The position numbers were made by a program, and so were the translations under genes. A DNA stretch of 64,000 nucleotides from an uncultured Lachnospiraceae bacterium (GTDB lineage: Bacteria; Bacillota; Clostridia; Lachnospirales; Lachnospiraceae): positions 2,070 to 66,069 of the forward strand of contig CAJUNP010000013.1 in assembly GCA_910587935.1 (NCBI GenBank), in the 5' to 3' direction. How positions within the stretch are numbered: the first letter of the stretch is position 1; every line of letters begins with the position of its first letter. Below are positions 19,240 through 26,698 of this stretch, piece by piece. Under the pieces are notes generated by a model that had not been told where the DNA came from, searched no databases, and worked only from the letters and a program-made list of their open reading frames with translations.

Positions 19240-19788
19240 TTATGATGCCTCCCTGATTATTTTTTTAAGTTTGCGCAATGCGGAATATAAACGGGATTTA
19301 ACAGTATTCAGATTGACTCCGGTAACAGACGACACTTCCTTAAGCGTCAGTCCTTCAAAGAAATGCAGCAGAATTACCGTCTGCATTTCCTGTGGAAGCC
19401 TGTGAATTTCCGCGTACAGGGATAATCCTGTCTCATAAGCGGATTCGTAATAGACCTGTTCGTTTAAATCGGCGGGTTCACAGAGAATCTCACGTTTTTG
19501 TTTTCTCAAATAGGTAAGCGCTTCATTTACCACAATCCGATACATCCAGGTGTTCACCGCATCCGGGTTTTTCAGAGAACCGCAGTTTTCCAGGGCCTTT
19601 ACAATTGCATTCTGCACAATGTCCAGCGCCGGCTCTTTTTGGTTTACATAATAGTAAGCCAGCCGGTATAGTTTATTTTGATTTTCCAGAATATATGCAA
19701 CTATCCTGTCGTAAGTTTTCTCAGACAAAAGAGAACCCTCCTTTTGCGAAATATCTATAACGTTGTCATAAGTCTGAGTATAGCACAT
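19240..19788 (-). CDS. ECF-type RNA polymerase sigma-70 family factor
   Basis: ATG 19788 lies 6 nt after AGGAGG. Region 2: LYRLAYYYVNQKEPALDIVQNAIVKALEN ... WMYRIVVNEALTYLRK. Region 4: QTVILLHFFEGLTLKEVSSVTGVNLNTVKSRLYSALRKLK. Confidence 0.85.
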   Translation of the reverse strand: MCYTQTYDNVIDISQKEGSLLSEKTYDRIVAYILENQNKLYRLAYYYVNQKEPALDIVQNAIVKALENCGSLKNPDAVNTWMYRIVVNEALTYLRKQKREILCEPADLNEQVYYESAYETGLSLYAEIHRLPQEMQTVILLHFFEGLTLKEVSSVTGVNLNTVKSRLYSALRKLKKIIREAS

Positions 19789-19959
19789 GGGATACCTCCT
19801 ATCCATCTTCTTTCTGTTCACTTCATCAATGTGCGAGCTCTTCATCATTGCTTTCACTATATAGATGCCCGCAGAGGCAAAAAAGTTTGGAAAATATTTT
19901 CAGACATAAAATAATTGCTAAAATATCTGTCCCGTTATAAAATTGGAAAGAAACAGAAC

Positions 19960-20014
19960 GTAAGAAAATTGTAAGAAAAAGTCTGCTTTTTTTGTAAGAA
20001 AAGGCGTTTATAAT
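19960..20014 (+). promoter_or_regulatory. Three GTAAGAAAA direct repeats plus TATAAT -10 box upstream of the response-regulator gene
   Basis: GTAAGAAAA occurs at 19960-19968, 19971-19979 (11-bp phasing) and 19994-20002. TATAAT is at 20009-20014. Confidence 0.45.
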
Positions 20015-20060
20015 GAAAATCAGGAAAGGAACCGGTCTGACAGAGGTCTTGGGTACAATT

Positions 20061-20759
20061 ATGGAAAAAGAAAGAATTTTGGTAGTGGATGACGACAGGG
20101 ATATCGTACAGACCACCAAGCTTCAGCTGGAAAAAGAAGGATTTGAAGTGCTGTGTGCATACGACGGCATACAAGCGCTGGATGTGCTTACTGCGGAGAG
20201 TGTACAGCTTCTTCTGATCGATGTCATGATGCCGCGCCTGGACGGTTTTTCAGCAATTATGAAGGTACGTGAAAAAAAGAATATACCGATTATCATTATG
20301 TCGGCCAAGTCCGAAGACAGCGACAAAATACTGGGACTTTCCATCGGGGCGGACGATTATATCAGTAAACCCTTCAGCGCCAGGGAGCTGGCGGCGCGCG
20401 TGAAAAGCCAGCTCAGGCGTTATTTGAAACTGGGAGGAGTGTACGCCGCAAGCGACGAAGTCCGGAACGGAAGGCTATGCTATGATTTTACGGCGCACAT
20501 CCTGACGGTGGATGAAGAACCGGTGAAGCTGACCGGTACGGAAACAAAAATTATGGAACTGTTAATGCGTCATCCGGGACATATTTTCCCGGCTGAAGAG
20601 ATTTATTCCCGGGTCTGGGGAGAACCCATCGCCTATAACGGAGAAAGTACGGTTATGGTACATATCCGCAGGATACGGGAAAAAATCGAGATCAATCCGA
20701 GCGAACCGGAATATTTAAAGGTGGTGTGGGGCATTGGATACAAAATTGAAAAAAAATAA
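20061..20759 (+). CDS. OmpR/PhoB-family response regulator
   Basis: Receiver domain ILVVDDDRDIV ... LLLIDVMMPRLDG ... SAKSEDSDK ... YISKPF. Winged-helix output LTGTETKIMELLMRHPGHIFPAEEIYSRVWG ... LKVVWGIGYKI. I prefer ATG 20061 because ATG 20013 is embedded in the TATAAT box; 20013 remains possible. Confidence 0.85.
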   Translation: MEKERILVVDDDRDIVQTTKLQLEKEGFEVLCAYDGIQALDVLTAESVQLLLIDVMMPRLDGFSAIMKVREKKNIPIIIMSAKSEDSDKILGLSIGADDYISKPFSARELAARVKSQLRRYLKLGGVYAASDEVRNGRLCYDFTAHILTVDEEPVKLTGTETKIMELLMRHPGHIFPAEEIYSRVWGEPIAYNGESTVMVHIRRIREKIEINPSEPEYLKVVWGIGYKIEKK

Positions 20760-22893
20760 ACAAATCAGGGCAATGGTGTACCGGGCGGTTTCTTTTGGAC
20801 TGCTTATTATGACAATTATGTCGGCGACAACGGGATATAAGGCGATTTACGAACTTTTTGTAAATCAGAACGACCAGATCCTGTTAGGAGATATAACCGG
20901 TGTTACGGAATTTCAGGAATATATCTGTAAGGTTTATAACGACGGATTAATGGCGTTTGCGGGAGTCGGCGACGACAAGGGGTATCCGCTGCAGGACGGC
21001 GGCGGAATCAAAGACCAGGCGACCATTGATTTTTATGATGCGGTTGCACAGAATCAGGGAGACCTGCTGTATTATGTGTATGATCACAATTATGTGGAAT
21101 CAGAGAATGAATACAGCAGCCAGCTGCATACGAATTTTGAGACCCCTATATTTTCCGAATATGACGGGCACTTGCTTTTGCCGGATAATGTCAGATTATT
21201 ATTTTACAGAAGCGGTCCGGAACAGAAAATTACTTTCAGTACTTACCTGAATTTGGATCAATTCAATTATTCCTATAAACCTGACGAACGGAAAGCGCAG
21301 GATCTTGATTTTGTGCTTGCCATGAAGTCAGACGATATCCTGACAGGAAACGGCGTTTTGCGGGAGATGCAGAAAACGGCGGATACATACCGGGACCAGT
21401 TAGTCTTTCTTGCGGTCAGTGCGGGACTGCTTATCGTATCGTGGATTTTCTGCCTGGCTACATTGCGGACAGGGCGGGCAGCCAAAAAGAATATGGCAGA
21501 AGTATCCGTAAGAATTCTTTTCGAGATTAAGGCAGTGCTGTTTGCGGTTATTATAATTGCTGCCATTCCTTCCGTCGGTCATCCTTTTACCTACGTAGGA
21601 GAGAGGGACCTTGTCAGAGTGGGACTGCTGGGAGCATGCCTGTATCCGATTCTGGTTGACTTAAAGAGGAACGCGGTCCGGCTGTGGCAGTGTTGTATTC
21701 CTGTCTTGATCTGGCAGTATATAAAAGACTGGGGAGAAAGTCAGACATGGAAAAAGCGGTTGGGCGTTTATGCGGGGGTTACCGGTGCGGGAGCGTTGTT
21801 TTGCGGGACCGTCAGCGCGGCTCTTCTGTTCAGTCTGCTGGATTCATTAAAAAATATAACGGATGCCGGTATGTTTATTACCATGTTTCAGGCCGATACG
21901 GCGCCTAAAGGCGGAGCGTACATAAGACTGTGTGGGGCATTTTGGTTTGCACTGGCGGCCGTTTTACTCCTTGCATTCAGCATTTACCACCTTGCCCATT
22001 TCATGACGGAAGTTATGGCGGTGACCGATAAGTTATCAGACATCCGCAAAGGGAATTTGAAGGAGCCGCTTCCGGTGGTGCAGGGGACCTTCCTGGCGCA
22101 GACCGCAGAGGATGTAAATATGCTGGAAAGCGGTATTGAAACCGCGGTGGATCAAAAAAGCCGCGCAGACCGGATGAAGGTGGAATTGATTACCAATGTT
22201 TCCCATGATCTGAAAACGCCGCTGACGTCCATTATTAATTATGTAGATCTGCTGTGTGAAGAAGAAATGAGTCCGGCGGCAAAAGATTATGTGCTGGCGC
22301 TTAAGGATAAATCCTATAAACTTAAGTCCATGGTACAGGATGTATTTGAGGTTTCCAAGGCATCTTCCGGGAATATGAAGATGGAAATGGTGATTCTGGA
22401 TCTTGGAAAACTCATACGACAGACGCTGGCGGATATGGATGAACGGATTGCAGAAAGCAATCTCACTTTTAAGATCAACCTGCCGGCGGAGCCTGTTTAT
22501 ATTGAAGGAGACGGAGAAAAGCTGTACCGTATTTTTCAGAATCTTTTTGTCAACGCTATTCAGTACTCACTGGATTATTCCAGAGTGCACGTGGGACTTA
22601 CGGTGAAAGATCAAGCGGCCGTGGCAAGCGTAAAGAATACCTCAAGGGGAGAGTTGAATTTTGACACGGTAGAGATTATGGAGCGTTTTGTACGTGCGGA
22701 CGCATCGCGTACCGGCGAGGGAAGCGGTCTGGGACTGTCGATTGCGAAGAGCTTTGCGGAAGCCTGCGGCGGTGAATTTGAGATTGAGACTGATGCGGAT
22801 ATGTTCACGGCGATTCTTCGGTTTCCGATTGCGGAAAAACCGGCAGGGCCAGAAGAAGAACAAAAGACAGAAGAATCTGTGAAAGCTGAATAA
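20734..22893 (+). CDS. Sensor histidine kinase (multi-TM N-terminal sensor, HisKA + HATPase_c)
   Basis: 719 aa. H-box ELITNVSHDLKTPLTSIINY, N-box LYRIFQNLFVNAIQYS, G-boxes GSGLGLSIAKSFAEACGG. Several hydrophobic helices lie in the first 430 aa. The start overlaps the RR stop by 26 nt. Confidence 0.9.
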   Translation: MDTKLKKNKQIRAMVYRAVSFGLLIMTIMSATTGYKAIYELFVNQNDQILLGDITGVTEFQEYICKVYNDGLMAFAGVGDDKGYPLQDGGGIKDQATIDFYDAVAQNQGDLLYYVYDHNYVESENEYSSQLHTNFETPIFSEYDGHLLLPDNVRLLFYRSGPEQKITFSTYLNLDQFNYSYKPDERKAQDLDFVLAMKSDDILTGNGVLREMQKTADTYRDQLVFLAVSAGLLIVSWIFCLATLRTGRAAKKNMAEVSVRILFEIKAVLFAVIIIAAIPSVGHPFTYVGERDLVRVGLLGACLYPILVDLKRNAVRLWQCCIPVLIWQYIKDWGESQTWKKRLGVYAGVTGAGALFCGTVSAALLFSLLDSLKNITDAGMFITMFQADTAPKGGAYIRLCGAFWFALAAVLLLAFSIYHLAHFMTEVMAVTDKLSDIRKGNLKEPLPVVQGTFLAQTAEDVNMLESGIETAVDQKSRADRMKVELITNVSHDLKTPLTSIINYVDLLCEEEMSPAAKDYVLALKDKSYKLKSMVQDVFEVSKASSGNMKMEMVILDLGKLIRQTLADMDERIAESNLTFKINLPAEPVYIEGDGEKLYRIFQNLFVNAIQYSLDYSRVHVGLTVKDQAAVASVKNTSRGELNFDTVEIMERFVRADASRTGEGSGLGLSIAKSFAEACGGEFEIETDADMFTAILRFPIAEKPAGPEEEQKTEESVKAE

Positions 22894-22896
22894 TAA

Positions 22897-22937
22897 AAAT
22901 ATCCTGCCGGAATTAACGGCGGGATATTTTTAATTTT
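22897..22937 (+). terminator. Rho-independent terminator after the kinase gene
   Basis: AAATATCCTGCCG (22897-22909) pairs with CGGCGGGATATTT (22917-22929), followed by a T-rich tail. Confidence 0.75.
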
Positions 22938-22960
22938 AGACTATCGTTTTTCGGAAAAAA

Positions 22961-22969
22961 TGGTATAAT
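22961..22969 (+). promoter_or_regulatory. Extended -10 element (TGgTATAAT) upstream of the lipoprotein gene
   Basis: TG at 22961-22962 and TATAAT at 22964-22969, 44 nt before the GTG start. No clear -35. Confidence 0.35.
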
Positions 22970-23012
22970 ACAATAGAGACAGAATTTATTGACTTTCATA
23001 AGGAGGATCACC

Positions 23013-24113
23013 GTGGGATACAAAGGAATTTCTAAATATATAGCGGTATCTTTAGGTATGATGCTGTTTTTATCGGGGTGCCAGGATGCCGGAACAAAAG
23101 CGGACAATGAGAGCAAACTGGAAGAGTCGTCGGAAGACGTTACGGATGTTGAGGATTTTGATGCGGAAGAATATTTCAATTCGCTTTTAGAAAAAAATAA
23201 AGACAATTATGAAGATCAGACGGAATCGGCAGGCGATCCCGGCGATTCGGTGCAGCAGCCGGATGCTTCCTCAGAACCGGAACCGGATCAGGATACTGAT
23301 TCCGGTGTGATTCAGGTGGGGAATCTGAATAAAGACAACGGATACATGGAAGAGATCCCCATGGGCCAGAGCTGCAGTGTGGATTTGAATAATGACGGAA
23401 AGGTCGATACCGTTACGTATAATGCCGTATCATCGAGTGTGGCCGAATATGGTACGACTGTGGACCGTTTTGTTATTAATGACGGGGATTACCGCTATAC
23501 GCTTTATTTAAGTGATCAGGGGATTCATATACAGGATCCGGATTTGGCCCGGTATTTTATAACCGATATTAATACAAGGGATTCTTATAAGGAAATTGCT
23601 ATTTTAGACCATGGCGCTAACGGAATTCCCTACACATATTTTATACGTTTTGTGGGAAGCGGAACGTACTGTCTGGGGTATGTGCCATATTTCCCGGATG
23701 ATGAGAACTTTAAAATAAAAGGAGACGGAAGCATTGAGTCCTCGGTGAATCTGAACCTGCTGCAGAACTGGCGCGCTCCGGCTGTATGGCTGTCAGGTTC
23801 CGATCAGCTGCTGACCTCCAATCTCAAAATGCGCACGCCGGATGTTTATTATCCATACGAGGATCAAAACGATGAAGAAGTTACGCTTCTTAAAGATATT
23901 AAGCTTTATGAGAGACGTGATTTGAAATCAAAGACTGTGGATTTGAAAGCTTCCGACGATGCCATAACCTTTACCCAGACGGATAATGCACACTGGGTCA
24001 AGGTTAAGAGTGACGGCGGAAAAGAAGGCTGGATGTACATGGAAGATAAAGATACCATTGTGAGCGGGGGTAAAAAGTATAACCGCCGGGATGTGTTCAA
24101 AAATCTGTTGTAG
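23013..24113 (+). CDS. Putative lipoprotein, unknown function (acidic linker, C-terminal SH3-like segment)
   Basis: GTG 23013 lies 6 nt after AAGGAGG. Signal/lipobox IAVSLGMMLFLSGCQD. D/E/S-rich linker. C-terminus HWVKVKSDGGKEGWMYMED resembles bacterial SH3. Confidence 0.55.
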   Translation: MGYKGISKYIAVSLGMMLFLSGCQDAGTKADNESKLEESSEDVTDVEDFDAEEYFNSLLEKNKDNYEDQTESAGDPGDSVQQPDASSEPEPDQDTDSGVIQVGNLNKDNGYMEEIPMGQSCSVDLNNDGKVDTVTYNAVSSSVAEYGTTVDRFVINDGDYRYTLYLSDQGIHIQDPDLARYFITDINTRDSYKEIAILDHGANGIPYTYFIRFVGSGTYCLGYVPYFPDDENFKIKGDGSIESSVNLNLLQNWRAPAVWLSGSDQLLTSNLKMRTPDVYYPYEDQNDEEVTLLKDIKLYERRDLKSKTVDLKASDDAITFTQTDNAHWVKVKSDGGKEGWMYMEDKDTIVSGGKKYNRRDVFKNLL

Positions 24114-24149
24114 AATAACTTGTTTAATCGCAAGAAATAGGAAACCGGC

Positions 24150-25352
24150 CTATTTTTCCTCACACACCTGAAATATGTAGAACTTCAGATAATAAGATTC
24201 ATCCGCAGCCCACAGAATCGGATGGTCGCAGGCCTGTGTCCGGAATTCCGCCTGGCGCAGCCTGCGGCGCGCGCTCCTGGCCGCTTCCTGTATCGTTTTG
24301 GCAAAAAGAGCCGGGTCCATAAAATGAGAGCAGGAACAGGTTGCCAGAAAGCCTCCGTCTTTTACAAGCCGGATTCCCCGCAGATTTATTTCGCGGTAAC
24401 CCTTTACGGCGTTTTTAACGGAATTTCTTGACTTGGTAAAGGCCGGCGGATCTAAAATTACCACGTCGAAGGTTTCGCCCTTTGCCTCCAACTCCGGCAG
24501 CAATTCAAACACATCGGCGCATAAAAACTTAACACGGTCCTGAAGATTGTTTAAAGCGGAATTTTTCGAAGCCTGTCTGACGGCCGTTTCGGAAGCGTCC
24601 ACACCCAGCACTTCCGCCGCCCCCGCAATTCCTGCGTTTAACGCAAAGGAGCCTGTGTGCGTAAAGCAGTCCAATACCCTTTTTCCCCTGCAAAGCTTTT
24701 GGATGGCCGCACGGTTATTTTTCTGGTCGAGGAAAAAGCCGGTTTTCTGGCCGTCCATAACGTCCACCATATACCGGACGCCGTTTTCTGTAATTTCTAC
24801 ATTTGTATCGAAAGGATCGCCGATAAAACCCTTGAAGCGTTCCATCCCTTCCAGCAGACGTACTTTTGCGTCGCTTCGTTCGTAAATTCCGCGGATTAAA
24901 ATTCCGTCCGCAGCCAGAACTTCTTTCAGGCAGTCAAGAATCACAGGCTTGAGCCGATCGATTCCCAGAGCAAGAGATTCCACTACCAGCACGTCTGAAA
25001 ATTTATCGACGACGATACCCGGCAAATAGTCGGCTTCACCGAAAATCACCCGGCAGCAGGAGGTATCTATGGTCTGTTTCCGGTATTCCCAAGCATTTTT
25101 TACACGCGTCATAATAAAACCGCGGTCGATAACCGTGTCCTGTTTTCTGGAAAGAAGCCGGACGGTGATTTTGGAGCGAGTGTTAATAAATCCATACCCC
25201 AGAAAATATCCGTCAAAGTCACGAACCGTAACGATATCTCCGTTTTCAAAGCTTCCTGCAACAGAGTCAATTTCATTATCATAGACCCAGGCTCCTCCGT
25301 TTTTAAGGGTTCGGCCTTCGCCTTTTTTTAATGTTACAAATACATCGTACAT
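24150..25352 (-). CDS. Class I SAM-dependent rRNA methyltransferase, RlmI-like (PUA + MTase)
   Basis: ATG 25352. N-terminal PUA-like LKKGEGRTLKNGGAWVYDNEI. SAM motif VLDCFTHTGSFALNAG ... VLGVDASE. Motif IV ILDPPAF. The upstream 34 codons of the tracked ORF are unsupported. Confidence 0.8.
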   Translation of the reverse strand: MYDVFVTLKKGEGRTLKNGGAWVYDNEIDSVAGSFENGDIVTVRDFDGYFLGYGFINTRSKITVRLLSRKQDTVIDRGFIMTRVKNAWEYRKQTIDTSCCRVIFGEADYLPGIVVDKFSDVLVVESLALGIDRLKPVILDCLKEVLAADGILIRGIYERSDAKVRLLEGMERFKGFIGDPFDTNVEITENGVRYMVDVMDGQKTGFFLDQKNNRAAIQKLCRGKRVLDCFTHTGSFALNAGIAGAAEVLGVDASETAVRQASKNSALNNLQDRVKFLCADVFELLPELEAKGETFDVVILDPPAFTKSRNSVKNAVKGYREINLRGIRLVKDGGFLATCSCSHFMDPALFAKTIQEAARSARRRLRQAEFRTQACDHPILWAADESYYLKFYIFQVCEEK

Positions 25353-25487
25353 GGAGATTCCTTTCTTAAAGCAGATTAATACCCTTGTCAAGAGAGGGTA
25401 ACAAGACTTTATTAATTCTATTACAGGAATGTAAAATAGGCAATACATATTCACCTGTTATTTATCCGGACAATGAGCAGATAAACC

Positions 25488-25516
25488 TTGCAGTAATTTA
25501 ATAAAAAAACTATAAT
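25488..25516 (+). promoter_or_regulatory. Possible sigma-A promoter for the REC-SAS gene
   Basis: TTGCAG (25488-25493), 17-nt spacer, TATAAT (25511-25516). Confidence 0.35.
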
Positions 25517-25555
25517 TAAGAAGGAATATAAGAAATAGGGGCAGGGTTATCGGCT

Positions 25556-26626
25556 ATGCAAAAGATATTAGTAGTGGACGACATGGAAATAAACCGTGAG
25601 CTGCTGCGGGAGATACTGGAAGAAGATTACATTGTGGAAACAACGGAAGACGGAGAGAAAGCTCTCACAGTATTGCGGCAGCGCCATAACGAGACGGCGG
25701 CGCTTCTTCTGGACCTGAGGATGCCTAATAAAGACGGATTTGCGGTTCTTGAAGAGATGCGCGAGAATGGGTGGATCAACAAAATTCCCGTGCTTATCAT
25801 AAGCGGCGAACACGCCGTTGAAGTTGAGAATCAATGTTTTGAACTGGGGGTATCCGATTTTATTCACAAGCCTTTCGAGTTTTCCATTGTCAAAAACAGA
25901 GTGAGGAACGCCATCGAATTATCTGCCAGTAAAAAGCGCCTGCAGCAGACCGTGGAGGAACAGGCCCAGACCCTGAAGAAACAGTCCCAGATCATCCAGA
26001 TGCAGGCGGAAAGATTAAGCAAGGCCAAGCCTTTTAATAATCTGATGATGGAGTACCGCTCTGTGATTATGGAAGTGGAGACACGGCTTAAGGTGCTGAA
26101 TGCGGTATTTTCCGAAGAATATAACCGGAATCCCTTTGAATCCATTAAGAGCCGCTTAAAGACGCCGGAAAGTATATACAAAAAGCTGGAGAAAAAGGGT
26201 TATCCCGTTACCATGGAGAATATAAAAGAGCATGTGGAAGATGTAGCGGGTCTGCGGGTGATCTGTTCTTTTCCCGACGACATTTACCGACTGGCTGATT
26301 TGCTGGTGAAACAGGACGACAATATTTTGCTGCGGGAAAAGGATTATATTAAGACGCCTAAGGCAAACGGCTACCGCAGCCTGCATTTAATTTTGAATGT
26401 GCCGATTTTTCTGCCTCATGAGAAGAAATATATGAAAGCCGAAGTACAGTTCCGTACGATTGCCATGGATTTCTGGGCCAGCCTGGAACACAAATTGAAA
26501 TATAAAAAGGACATAAATGAGACCGACGAGATAGAACAGAGACTGAAGGCCTGCGCGGATTCCATAGAGGTACTGGATTACCAGATGCAGGATATACGGG
26601 ACAGAATATACAGTAACCCCCGATGA
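25556..26626 (+). CDS. Response-regulator receiver domain fused to a RelA/SpoT-type small alarmone ((p)ppGpp) synthetase domain
   Basis: 356 aa. REC: ILVVDDMEINRELL, LLLDLRMPNKDG (acceptor Asp), LIISGE, FIHKPF. A Q/E-rich coiled-coil linker follows. Synthetase domain: SIKSRLKTPESIYKKLEKKG ... DVAGLRVICSF ... KANGYRSLHLIL ... AEVQFRTIAMDFWASLEHKLKYKK. Confidence 0.85.
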   Translation: MQKILVVDDMEINRELLREILEEDYIVETTEDGEKALTVLRQRHNETAALLLDLRMPNKDGFAVLEEMRENGWINKIPVLIISGEHAVEVENQCFELGVSDFIHKPFEFSIVKNRVRNAIELSASKKRLQQTVEEQAQTLKKQSQIIQMQAERLSKAKPFNNLMMEYRSVIMEVETRLKVLNAVFSEEYNRNPFESIKSRLKTPESIYKKLEKKGYPVTMENIKEHVEDVAGLRVICSFPDDIYRLADLLVKQDDNILLREKDYIKTPKANGYRSLHLILNVPIFLPHEKKYMKAEVQFRTIAMDFWASLEHKLKYKKDINETDEIEQRLKACADSIEVLDYQMQDIRDRIYSNPR

Positions 26627-26654
26627 CCGGTTTGCATCCGGTACGAAGTCGGCA

Positions 26655-26697
26655 GAAACCGCCGCACGGATTTCCTGAATCCATGCGGCGGTTTTTG
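26655..26697. terminator. Bidirectional rho-independent terminator between convergent genes
   Basis: AAACCGCCGCA (26656-26666) pairs with TGCGGCGGTTT (26684-26694), followed by a T-run. Confidence 0.75.
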
Positions 26698-26698
26698 G

